Shown in pieces: positions 1-12,096 of a stretch of DNA of 64,000 bases. A program made the translations under genes and the position numbers. Below the pieces are notes generated by a model. It was given only the letters and a program-made list of their open reading frames with translations, was not told where the DNA came from and ran no database searches. Within the stretch, counting starts at the first letter, position 1, and the number at the start of each line of letters is the position of its first letter. Origin of the DNA: Paraphysomonas bandaiensis. Its lineage: Eukaryota; Protista; Chrysophyceae. The stretch is taken from the NCBI GenBank assembly GCA_965644295.1, contig CBFFRP010000269.1, positions 6,558 through 70,557 on the forward strand. Direction: 5' to 3'.

Positions 1-341
1 GAGACGAAGTTGTCTGCTGAGGGGATAGCACGTAGGTGCGGTCAGCGCTGCATTGGTGCAGGCACGTGGTTTAACTGAAGTAGTTGAGTAGGGTGAAGGT
101 TGCAAGGCCAGGCAGGGGGGCTTGGAGCGTGTACAACATGGTGTGACAGGTAATTTGTCGGAAGCGTGGTGGTCAACAAAATGCAGCAGTAAGGGAGTGT
201 AAAAGGCCCTGGGCACACTGATGTGACTCAGCCACAGTCTCAATAGAGACATTGGGTTTGGAGCTGGTTAATAGAGTGAAACTTTATGTTGGACTGTATT
301 TGCCATCGTAGGGCAGAGAATTTTTTCAATTATGAATGTAT

Positions 342-504
342 TGTTGAGATTTGCAGTTTGTGAGCAATTAGAAGCCGTAGTTATAAGGTATTTAAATTAT
401 AACCGTTACTAAGTGTATACAGTAGTGATGAGATGTATTATGAAAGTGTTATCATGACGATGTGTTCAGTTTTATCTATATTCTTAAGATGTCAAATCTT
501 GACA
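342..504 (+). mobile_element. solo LTR (Copia-type), 163 bp
   Basis: Starts TGTTGAG and ends CTTGACA, with the same 5-mer TGTAT on both sides (337-341, 505-509). Similar to the LTR at 15718-16036, which is followed by a PBS-like site and a gag fragment. Confidence 0.8.
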
Positions 505-799
505 TGTATGACTATACAAGACATTGTGCTATATGACATTATGACATTGTATCATCATGAGTGTATGATATATGGTATATGGATAAAAGGGTGGATGATT
601 TGCAAAGCATATTTGGTTTTATTTGTCGGAAGTGTATATCCAAGATTTAAGCATATTTTGTGCGCTACAAACAAGGAAGTGTAAGGTTTGCGTAGTTGTT
701 GTTGGAGGTTAAGTAGCCAGTTAAAAGTTTAAACTTCCTATATACGACCTTTAACATGTGTTCACTCTCAGCAACTGAGAGGAGACAAGGCAACCTTCC

Positions 800-833
800 G
801 CAGCAATTGATAATTAATCGTTACGCAGCCCTG
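800..833 (-). mobile_element. hAT-type terminal inverted repeat (CAGGGCTGCGTA...)
   Basis: Reverse complement CAGGGCTGCGTAACGATTAATT resembles the TIR at 14651 (CAGGGCTGCGTATCAATTAATT). Partner end not identified in the window. Confidence 0.6.
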
Positions 834-1052
834 CTGATTAAGAACTATAATGAATATGGGTCTCTAGAACTCATGACGACCTATTTTAAAATCGAATTTT
901 TTAAAATAAGAAAATGCTGAAACATTTATTGGCAGAACTCTGCTCATTTGTGTTAATCCATTAATGAAATTAATTTGATATCTTCGCTATTTGTGCATGT
1001 GTTTACATGTCGATGCACTGCTACCTCAGCATGTACACTTCTACATAATGTG

Positions 1053-3125
1053 CTATCTACTGTATGCCGCTACAGGCGCACTGTATATTGAGCTAAATAT
1101 ATTCTTTTTCTTGGGTTGTTTGTTACTACTCTTCACTTGAGCCTCAGGTTGCTTCTCCTGGGTATTTTGATTTGCTTCATTTTGTACACCACTATCCACA
1201 CCAGTTTCTGCATTACATCTTCGGATCCATTTCGTAAGGTCCTTTCCAGGAACTCTAATTAATGCTCCAGCATTTATGACATTGTTACGTATGGGATTAT
1301 CGGAAATAATGTTGGTCTTCAAAACATCAACAACGAAACTAGACGAGGCCTTATTGCGGTCACCTACATATACAGCATCTCATAAACGTATATAATACAG
1401 TTTGTAGTTACATGCTATATGAGACAGATCTTACCTAACACTATAAGGATATCTGGTATAGTTGCTGGGGATTCTTTTCTAATTTGGGATAACAGCGACC
1501 GAATAATGGCCCTCATCATGGGTTTCGAGCACTCACGAAGGTCCAGTCTTCTGTCATCGTCCAAGTTAATAGCTGTAGTGAACACACCGTTGCGCTTGCC
1601 TAAAATCTCATGTAAAAATATATATATATACATGTATCGCATGAGCAAACCTGTGTCATACAGCTCCTGCGCGGCCTCGTACATTTCATCGCCATCTAAT
1701 GCATGTATTGCTTGTACAACTGCAAATTGGCTGACCTTAATGTGTCTCTTGGCCATTTCCCGCAATAATGTCAGGGCGCGCATACCATAACCTCGAGAAT
1801 TCTCGGACGCCGCAGCTAATGCTTTTAAGGCTGCAGTGTACAAAGGAGCATCTAGAAGCCCATGTGATGATGATATGAATTCATCGAATAGCTCCAAAGA
1901 CTTCAGTGGCTGTCCACCATTGGTATATGCCCCCATCGCTGATGTGCACATTTGGTTGTTGAACTTAACCCCCCTTTTACTACAGGCTTGCTTCACAAGC
2001 TCTGCCGCCAGAATGTAATCGCCAGCTTTGTCGCAGCAAGTTAACATTGCACCGAATGTTAATGTATCACGCTTCACCTAATTACACAACAACGGGTAAC
2101 TCAACATTTTCCATACATTGACAGCGTCATGATATGGTATACTGCCCATGCAAATACAGCACTATGTAGTAATATTATACTGCATAACGTGACAACCAGG
2201 TGCATTTACACGTCGCTTAGTCTTTAGTAGTACATACCTTATTAAGTTGCATACTTTCAAATATATCGTACGCCTTCGAGTACTTTTTCAAATAACAACA
2301 CGAGGTAATAGCGGCATTATAACACGCAGTATCTAGTCTTGCTCTCTGGTCGACAGCTTCCTGAAAAACATGGAGCGCATCGGCATGTCTCGACGACTTT
2401 GCGCAGGCTGTCATCGTCGCAGTAATTACTACAGGGTTGAACGGGAGTCGGGATGCTTGCATTGATTCTAACAACTCCAGAGCGCGCTCCCAACGACCTC
2501 CTCGAGCACAAGCCGAAATCGCTGCTGAGTAGTGGTATGCTGTAGGAGTTTTGCGAATATTTTTACTTTTTCCTATGAGGTCAAACACTTCTAAGGCTCT
2601 ATCTACGTCACCCGCCTTACTAAATGTTTGGATGATTGTAGCCACCACACTACTCTTCAGAAGAGTACGCGATTTCAAACGTTTTTCGGCTTCATCAATT
2701 GCGAGAGAAAAATCCCTAGACTTTTCGCTTGCCACAAGCAATTCTTTGAGGTTCTCATATTCTTCACTCTTCTTGTTCTTACGTCCACTTTTCTTTCCGA
2801 GAGATGAAGGACCTTTCTTTTCAAGTGAATTGGGTTTGAGTGTACCACACTTGAAACACTGTTTTCTCCAAGCAAAAGAGAGAACACCACATCCAGGACA
2901 TGTCCAATCCCCTTCTCTGATGTCACTTAGCAGCGCAAGTTTGCTCTTGTTCTCATTACTAGTGAGATTACTCCCATCTGAGGTGACACAGAGACATCGT
3001 TGGCTTATACCCGTGTATAGAGGGGATCGTGGAAGGTAATCAAGGGATGAAACTAAGCTGAAAGGAGAACATAATTGAGTTTTGTTCAATTTAGAGACTA
3101 TTTTCCAGGCACGGTTAATATACAT
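1053..3125 (-). CDS. Organelle-targeted PPR protein with N-terminal RanBP2-type zinc finger and degenerate C-terminal Smr-like domain (about 4 exons)
   Basis: REGDWTCPGCGVLSFAWRKQCFKCGTLKP is a RanBP2 finger. Multiple ~35-aa PPR repeats (YSAAISACARGGRWERALELLESM; YNAAITSC; FGAMLTCCDKAG). Spliced tail LDLRECS...ILIVLG...NAGALIRV...LTKWI is Smr-like. Basic/Ser-rich N-terminus resembles a transit peptide. Confidence 0.85.
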
Positions 3126-3661
3126 AATTTAGAGGCTAACAGGGGAAACAAGGGGTATTCTAAACTTGAAATTTAACGATTAATAGCAAGGATATGAGTT
3201 TAGGTGGAGTTATGTCATGGTTATTTCATATAGGAAGCAATTGTGTTCCTCCAGTAAATATGAAGATAGTTACGATGGACTGTGTACAGAACCATACATA
3301 TTATGCATATACCCACTGTACCTATCCAACACACTCACCTCCTACAGAACCATACAATACGTGGTGTATTACTGCAGTGTAGTGTATATACGTACGTTTC
3401 CTGGTGCTGACTACCATGGAGATGATAACCAATAGATTTATTATATTAGTATATTATTGGGCTGCAATATGGATGTGAGTTGATTGGATGACTTTACTGT
3501 CCACTTCGTTTTACTTGAATATGATTGGATAATAAGTTATCTTTATATCACTTCATCCTAAACTGAACTGCTCTCTGTGGACATACGATCACTGCACTCT
3601 GTAATATATATCATACCTAGCATACAGCATCTCTCTTAACAGTTTATTATCCAATCCCACC

Positions 3662-5303
3662 ATGCAGGCGTTCAGAGAAGAAGTTACTGAGGAACTGGAT
3701 CTAGAACAACCAACGTTTCGTGTTATAGATGATCTTCAGAGCGTTGGAATAAATGTATCAGACATTAAGAAATTACAAGAGTCAGGTCTATCTACTATAG
3801 GACAAGTGCTTCAAACATGCACCAGAGACCTGGTGGCAATCAAAGGATTCTCTGATGGTATGATCTTATTCCTATGGCAGATAGAGTGATACTATATTAT
3901 GTAGCTAAGGTCGAAAAAATCCGTGAAGCAGCCAAGAAATTAGATACTCGAGGAAATGCATTTCGTACAGGGCTTGAAATGAAGGAAAAGAGAAGGCGTG
4001 TGCTTCATCTAACTACCGGATCAGCTGCACTGGATAAGATACTTGGTGGTGGTATAGAAACTTCGTCGATCACGGAGTTGTTCGGAGAATTTCGCACAGG
4101 TTCATCGCATAGCGGATGTCTACACGTGTGCATATTATATATCGATCAGGCAAAACGCAGATTGCGCACACACTGTGCGTCACCTCCCAGCTGTCTTTCC
4201 AAATGAATGGGGGACAAGGAAAAGTTATATATCTGGTAAGTGGAGATTGTGTTTGCAGAATGAGTATTAGCTTATATTGGTATCAGGATACTGAAGGAAA
4301 TTTTCGACCCGAGCGTATTGAGAGTATTGCCGAGAGGTTTGGATTAGGTAATTTAAATTAAAATGGGCTGTATATGACCTGACTACCTAAAACTCTCAGA
4401 TACCGACCAGACCTTGGATAACATCATTGTGTGTCGAGTATTTACCCACGAAGAGCAAATGGGTATGAGACAGAATCTTCATGATAATTTTCACTTTTCA
4501 TATATAACAAAACTAATTATTACACTTAGATATTGTAAAACCAATCGCTGCTCTTCTTTCTGACCCCGACCAAGGCCCGTTCAGAACGCTCATCATTGAT
4601 AGTATCATCGGTGGGTTTAATAAATTCTTTGTATGGTTAAAAATATGTGTGCTATTATCATTTATTATCTACACCAGCTCTATTTCGTGTAGAGTTTACT
4701 GGAAGGGGGGAATTATCTGAGAGGCAACAGAAGGTAAATAGTTTTTTGGCATATTGTATTGTTTGAGGCGTCTACAATGCTACATTTTACATAAGGTTTA
4801 ATGGTATATTTTATAGTTAGGACAACATCTGTCTCAGCTAGTTCGCATAGCAGAGGAATTTAACATATGCGTGGTGGTGATCAACCAGTGCATGGCGGAT
4901 CCAGGAGCTCTGTCTATGTTTGTAAGCATTTATGAACGACTTTTATATCTAATTTTCTCACTTGTGGTAATTATGTTTCGTTGTATTTCAGGGACCAGTT
5001 ATCAAGCCAGTGGGTGGGCACGTTTTGGCGCATGCGAGTACTACCAGAGTAATGCTCAAGAAAGGAAAAAGTGATGAACGGATTGCTAAAATATTCGATA
5101 GGTGCGTGGTATTTCTTGTATGCATGGCATAGACGTCTTGACGCGAACTAGTAGAGGCTGTTTATTATATTCTATATGTGTGTACTGGATTATGTAGGCT
5201 GCTCATATGTTCATATTGTCATCTTTTTATGTATAGTCCTTTAATGCCAGAAGAAGATGCAGTATTTCAAATCACAAATGGAGGGATAGCTGATAGGAAT
5301 TGA
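3662..5303 (+). CDS. DMC1: Meiosis-specific recombinase DMC1 (multi-exon)
   Basis: Spliced product has Walker [44 protein letters not shown] and [15 protein letters not shown]. These are DMC1-type residues; RAD51 typically reads ALYRTD..RQMHL and GGNIIAHAS. Stop TGA at 5301-5303. Confidence 0.92.
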
Positions 5304-6442
5304 GATAACACCAACGCCACAGAATTTATCATGTCCGATATCATTGTACTATTTTGATTATGTTTCACGCTATCTTACTTTTCGAAACTTTTCTGTGAGT
5401 ATTTTCGTGTCGTTGTTTATTGCTTTTTGCTAGTCTATATACTAACTATGAATATACGGTTTTTAGTATCTGATATAATTAATGAAGTAATAAGGAAATC
5501 CTACCAGAAATACAATTATGTTATCTTATCAAACACAACTACTTTTCTGAAGCGCAATATTCAGTTAAAATACCTGCAACTGACGTTGTATTTTAAAATT
5601 TGAAGAAAGCAGACATGGAGTGAAATTCATTACACCCCCTTCATTTAGTTCACACTGGATAGGAGCTATATATATTACCTTCGACAAAGAGTAGTCCCTA
5701 TCGCAAATGACTGTTGCACTGCCTGGACATCTTCCAGCTAGAGCTCAATCTTTATTTATGATTCGTTAGGTAGATTACACGACAAAATTGTTTGCTATGG
5801 AAGTATACAGAATATATATTTCCATAGCAACAGTTAGACACTATAGCACACACTATGATGAAACGCCAATATCCAGTTTATATGAATTCGACAATCACAT
5901 TTTTCTCTTCTGCCAAACATAAATTGCACATCGAATCATTACATCCACTCCACTACAGTTCTGCCATGATAGAATTACTTGTCATTGCTCTTCTTTCTTC
6001 TCAACGAACATGGAATACAAGCATATCTTCAAAGAATAACACTATTAGAAGCAAACATGTCATGAAGAAGACAGTAAGAACATTGAACTTCTCCTCAACA
6101 CACCTATACATAGAGAGTATATGTATATACTGTCCATACAGACATACCACAACAAAAATCAATCTTCTCGAAGGTCTACTGCCGTACAAACTGAAAGTAC
6201 TTTCGGTAGTTTTACGGTACAAAAACTTCAATTTTATTTTAAAAAAAAACTTGTTAGGAATTCTTTACCAATCAAATACATAGTATTATAAATAAAGATA
6301 TATTATTGGTTAAATTTTTAGATTTTCTAAGGAGAATAGAATCCACAACAAACATTTGGTGTTTAGCGACTCAACTGATTTCCAGTACTATCATACATAG
6401 TTAATAGTTTATCTTAGGAGGGTTGAGATATTGTGGTGATAA

Positions 6443-6895
6443 GTGAATAGAAGAATATATATTGGAGGGAAAATTTCTTACAGTCACGTTTTCATGCTTC
6501 GCTCACTGCTTCTAGGTATTCCTGGAGACTGTCACGAGTCGATTCCAACCATAGTCACAAGAGATACTTTGATTAGCAAAACTGATAACTGCCATGACTC
6601 TAAGGCCTCACGTAGAAGGCCAAGTTTCGACGACATAGCCACAACTATCAGTGATTCGAACAGCATATACTCATCATCTAGCTGTGAAGAATATGTCACG
6701 ATGCGGGTTATGAAATGCATCAACTGCGATACTTCATTCTTTCCGCAGTATTCCCGTTTTGAAGATTCGAATTTTTGTAGCAAGGATTGTTCCACATGCT
6801 TTTCATGGTTCTACAAGAAAAGAACAGTTCACAATGGCCCCAAAGAAATTCCTGCAAGTAATGCGGTCATGAGGGTTCCATATACCCATGAGTAA
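6443..6895 (+). CDS. Small hypothetical protein with FCS/FLZ-like zinc finger (true start uncertain)
   Basis: CINC...FCSKDC motif in a 150-aa ORF. A possible acceptor (CTAG) near 6515 suggests an upstream exon. Confidence 0.5.
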   Translation: MNRRIYIGGKISYSHVFMLRSLLLGIPGDCHESIPTIVTRDTLISKTDNCHDSKASRRRPSFDDIATTISDSNSIYSSSSCEEYVTMRVMKCINCDTSFFPQYSRFEDSNFCSKDCSTCFSWFYKKRTVHNGPKEIPASNAVMRVPYTHE

Positions 6896-7437
6896 AGTCT
6901 TATTCAGTTATGCAGATATCTCAATTGACGGCGCTTACTGTCAGGAATTGTATACGTATTTACTGGTTCTATATGATTTTTTATTACACGGTTTATTTCT
7001 TATTGACACTACCCGGCGGGCCCTTACAATATATTGGTACATAAAAGTCATGTGGCACGTTATACAATAAAAAATGATGCACAATTTAATTAATTCTATA
7101 TGTGCATTTAATAATAAGTGTTCTATATGGTGGTAAAGACTTCTCTTTTTGCTGTTGAGGCTTACTCTTTATGATGTTGCTATGCTCATCAATGACACTT
7201 AATTTGCTTTAGCCCTATGTCATTTTCCCCAATGATATATTTGAACTTAGTTGAAATGGTCTATACTACATACATTGAGAGGCTCTGAAGGTTGTAATCA
7301 AGTTGATAATGAAAATACAAGAAGAAATGGGCATTAGCGCAATAGCTCTATTTATCACAGCAATCAAGAATATGACATTCGCACATATCACATATATATA
7401 ACATATAGACATATAGGACCTGAGGTTTCAGTCAATC

Positions 7438-7993
7438 CCCTCAACAAAGTCGGACTCGAACCTTTTCGTGATGTTCTGGTGGATAGGAACCGGAGATATT
7501 TCTCCGGGAAACTATATAGACAGCAGATATTGCTCTGCCTACTCATAGTCAAATGCTTGTGTGGTACAAGGTACAAGGGACACCAATAAGTGTCACTTGT
7601 GTAGACGTCTTTGGGCCCCGACGAATAAACATGCATCCGGAAATGGGCCCACCTCAAGGGCATCCGGGACAGAGCCCACCTCAAGGGTAACCTGGGTATT
7701 GGACTACCTGCTGAAGTCAAGAATCCGGGATGTTCACCTGAAGGACTCAAAAAACCTTAAGTCAGCAGATGTCAGGTATATCAACATTCCGCTTGCTCAC
7801 GGCTTTTGCTTTGAGCGATAAAGTAGAGGTGGTTGCACCTTGGTGCTTGCGGCAGCGCACAAGCAGCCTCCGTAGCGTTGAATTATAGGATAATAGAGTT
7901 TGTACTAGTTAGTTACAGATAGACGTCTATCTAGCTTGACTTTTCATCTAGCCACTAAGCTGGTGCTGATTCTTAACGCCTATTGCTAATAAA
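7438..7993 (+). repeat. Dispersed ~0.5-kb repeat family (SINE-like/non-autonomous element), copy A
   Basis: Begins CCCTCAACAAAGTCGGACTCGAACC and ends AACGCCTATTGCTAATAA. Homologous to five other loci in the window. Confidence 0.85.
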
Positions 7994-8003
7994 ATACATA
8001 TAT

Positions 8004-8133
8004 TCATATTGCAACTAACGTAATTGGGAGTTTGTTCAGCAGAGCCAAGATTATCATGGCACACTTGCGGCAAGAAATGACTTCACGACATCTCGAACTG
8101 CTGCTGTTCAACAAGCACTTGTGGACCGCAGAG
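8004..8133 (+). pseudogene. hAT transposase C-terminal (dimerisation) fragment
   Basis: Translates ...LFSRAKIIMAHLRQEMTSRHLELLLFNKHLWTAE, matching the hAT 'RLFS.A......R......LE.LL' pattern. Confidence 0.6.
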
Positions 8134-9433
8134 CAGGGCCTGATAACCATTAATGGCCCATTAATGGTTGTCCAGTTCCCGGCAATTATAAAGGCATTAA
8201 TCAAAAATGTTCCGGCAATTATAATGGCCATTAATACCTACTAACTTAAAGTAGATAGCACCACCCATATAATAGATAGTGTTGTGCTCCCTAAATAACT
8301 AATTTTTAGTTAAAATATCAGACTACAAATTTTAACTACTTCTCGCTCTCTACTGGCACATCAGGATCTTCTTACAGGGCTTCATGGAGGGTATATAGAC
8401 ATCCCACAACATGTAGTTGGCTCGTAGGAATAGCAACGATTCTAGACGATATGGATTCAGGTGTCATAATCAACTTTGCACGACTATAAAAAGCCTTTCA
8501 ACAACATTAGATTGTGCTTCACTATGAAGCAAGCAGCGGTAGTTGGACTCATAGGTAACAAGTCGAGCTCTCTTGGTGACCTCGGCGCTGTCCAGAGCAC
8601 GCTGTGCAAAATCAGTTCCTTTACTCTCGTCCTCGTTATTTCTGGCTCTTGTACACCAACCTCCATGGATGAATCCGTTGCAAATGTCTAACTGCTCTTC
8701 TCTCATTGCCTGTCAACTCTCTTTCATTGTTCCCTTGAATTTTAGCCACTGCCTTCTCAAAATTTGCACTGGCAACAATGCTCGCATTAGGGGAAAGGTA
8801 TGGATACAGCTCTGGAAATTCTTGTAGCAGCATATCAAATAACTGGCGGGCTTGTTACAAATTGGTTCCATCTCTTCCGAACATACTTATTCTCCACGAT
8901 AGAAAATGGTTCGTCGTTCATAACTATCCATTCCAGCCACCGGAATAAGTTCCTTGCAGCAAAAGACAATAAATCGCCACCGTGAAGTCTTTCACTTCCC
9001 AAAATTTTCTCGAGTTCCTCTCGCCAAGAAAAATCCGCATGTTTGGTGCCCTTCTTGGCTATATGATTCACACAACTCGCGTAACCTCGCTGTATATCTT
9101 GTTCAAGGCGATCATTGCACAACGAACAAATATGATACAGAGCAAGGTGAAATATGCATATTTTCAATGATTATTTTAGAGTTTTTGGGTATATGGGTAC
9201 GTTGCTATATGGATATCGCTCAGGACACTATTCTCTAACTCTAACAATTTTCAACTTTTCACGTCGACTATACTTCGAAGTTACTACCGATCGAGCTAAT
9301 GTTTTCTTCTTAGCGCCAAATATATATCAATATATAGCAATATATTTGTTATTGGTCTTTAAAATATTATTATTTGTTATTTTTTCTGGCAATATATATT
9401 ATTGTAATTATATATTATTGTTACCCGGCCCTG
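8134..9433 (-). mobile_element. Degenerate hAT DNA transposon with internally deleted transposase
   Basis: Imperfect TIRs CAGGGCCTGATAACCATTAAT / CAGGGCCGGGTAACAATAAT. Broken minus-strand ORFs: BED-like CSLC..NHIAKK, WIVMNDEPFSIVENKYVR, IVASANFEKAVAKIQ and SNVVERLF. No TSD seen. Confidence 0.75.
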
Positions 9434-9699
9434 CTAATAATAAGACATTCACTTGCTATAGCCTCCTTCGAGCCCGTTTCCCGCCAGATATATAGTTCAA
9501 TATTTATAGATTACGAATAAGATTAAAATTATTCCACATATACTGATTACCAGCCAATGTTTTATAAGCTGACAAGCACCAGTGACATGGAGGAGATAAG
9601 GTCTAAATCTACTATATATATAGAACCACAGCAAAATGCGTCCTATTTCTATCGGCATCTCGTTAACACAAAATGTAGTCATGTTTATCACTAAGCCAG

Positions 9700-11292
9700 C
9701 TAGAAATACTCAGCAACATAGAGCAGCGTTTCACTAGTCTCGGCACTAGACATGGAAATGGTTCTCATGTGCTCATAACCTTCCCTCTTCTCGTTACCAT
9801 CTATCCTGGCAGAAAACACAAATCCTATTGTAGCAGCAGCACCAGCTATTGTTACCACTAACCCATACTTCCAACGCTGCTCTATTGCCAATGCATATAC
9901 GAGGTAAGCCACACCAGATGCAAATGTTTTCGCGAACCCAGTGGCAGAGTACGCCAGCCCTTCGTGTTCAGGGAAGAAATCGGCCACAACGGCTTTCATA
10001 TTGTTTTCATACACTGCCCGTGCCATACCGTGCACGAGGGTGTAACCCACTATATGTCGGTTTTGACCAATTGAATGATCGCTAGCAAGAATAATAAGAA
10101 GTCCAACACTCATCATGCACGCCCCACCCCATATAATCATGGGGAACTGCCCCATACTCTTAACTAGAGCGTTAGAGAGCTTCGTGAATATGAGAGAAGT
10201 TGACAAATCAACTACAGCCGCAACTCCAATGTACTGCATTCCTTGCTGCTCAAGAACAATAACTCCAAGAGCATAATATATCCAATAACTTGTGCAGACG
10301 CCCCATGCGAGATGGTACGGGGCAAGCCTGAAAAATAGATACAGCTTACATTCACAAATATTTCACATATCTACATTGACTTACAGTCTAAGTTTGCTGC
10401 GCTTTGCAGGTGGAAGCAATCGCGACTGTGAGAACATATCGAATAAGCCTCTCCTGGGCTTGAAGGTATGCCACGGCTCTCCCGTGTCTCCGAAACTGTC
10501 CAACCGTGACAAGAATACCAATGATAGTGCCACAAGCAAAACATATCCCGGAAGAACTATGTAAACGATTCCCATGTGAACCTCTATTGGCTCAGCAGCT
10601 ATTACAGTACACAAAATAATAGTTAGTAAGAGACATGTGAAGTAAATAGTAGCGAATCGGTTAGCTAAGGCGCGATGCATATTTTCGACCTCCTTGGTGT
10701 CCATTGATGTTACCATCAGCAATGCGTTTTTTGAAAAGTACTTGCTTTGAGCAGTCCACATAATACCCTGAGAAACGCCACCCAGTGCGGCTACCATTGC
10801 ATATGCAAGACTGTTCATGTAAAAAGACTCTTGAGAGAAAAGCAAAAATCCAGTGACATATATAAAGTTTCCAAACAATCCAACTATAAAGCTCTTTGTA
10901 CACCCGAGAACATTGACAGTTGGCTTCGCAATAACCAGTGAGCAGAATGCATATGCTAAGAAGAGACAACCATTCCCTACTCCACCTGCAACATGACCAA
11001 TAACTGGAGGGGCAAATATAAGTGTAGCGACTATAGGCGAGACTGATAGAGAAAACCCAATACAAAAATAATAATAATTGGACATAGATGCATCAGGGAA
11101 CTTAAACCACTCTCTTGGATCATGGTTAAAACTCACTGAGTTGCTTCTTAATTCGTCGACATCACTGTATTCTTGTTCCTCTTCTTTCTCGCATAAGAGA
11201 GCCGCACTATCGGCTGTATTGTTTCTAGAGAATATTATGCGATGTTTGGAGTGGCCTGACAGCTGACTGGTGTCAGAGGCAGATGGTCGCAT
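9700..11292 (-). CDS. UNC-93-like major facilitator superfamily membrane protein (2 exons)
   Basis: Many hydrophobic helices and the UNC-93-like motif LGGVSQGIMWTAQSKYF. Intron near 10328-10390. Confidence 0.8.
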
Positions 11293-11373
11293 GGTGGATG
11301 CAGGGATGGGGGGATTATTGGATCATATGAGCCTATTTCAGATGTGTTTATGCCCAAAGGGAACTAATAATAG

Positions 11374-11820
11374 TACATACATACATACATACATACATAC
11401 ATACATACATACATACATACATACATACATACATACATACATACATACATACATACATACATACATACATACATACATACATACATACATACATACATAC
11501 ATACATACATACATACATACATACATACATACATACATACATACATACATACATACATACATACATACATACATACATACATACATACATACATACATAC
11601 ATACATACATACATACATACATACATACATACATACATACATACATACATACATACATACATACATACATACATACATACATACATACATACATACATAC
11701 ATACATACATACATACATACATACATACATACATACATACATACATACATACATACATACATACATACATACATACATACATACATACATACATACATAC
11801 ATACATACATACATACATAC
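11374..11820. repeat. (TACA)n microsatellite, ~450 bp, essentially perfect
   Basis: Directly visible; lies between the divergent starts at 11292(-) and 12097(+). Confidence 0.99.
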
Positions 11821-12096
11821 TACGTATATACCTACACACATATACAAACTGTATTGGGTGGTATACAATGCGTATATAGCCGTATAGAACTCTAGCTACA
11901 GTTACTAGTGCAGAGAATGTTATCTGCTCTGTTGCTTCAGTTATAAATACACATTGCGGCATATGGACTGATATAAGCTGTTAGCAGTCATAAGAAACAG
12001 CCACTGAAGCCACTAGCAGCCATTACTACCGAATAACTCCATTGGTACCATCGACATCGAGTCTACATTTCCATTGGACTACATTTGTGGAGAGAC

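Noticed and set aside
5560-6330. Possible BED-finger/hAT relic (MCNLC on the minus strand); similar debris at 24310-24780
   Set aside because: Too degraded to assign boundaries or family.
7451-7463. B-box-like GGTTCGAGTCC on the minus strand of the repeat 5' end, suggesting a tRNA or tRNA-SINE
   Set aside because: No T-stem pairing, A-box or cloverleaf. The orientation is opposite to the tail, and the motif is altered in copies C and E.
11270-11962. Long ORFs of YIHT/MYVC repeats (also 21545-22426, 28558-28932, 48652-49135)
   Set aside because: Artefacts of stop-free (TACA)n-type repeats.
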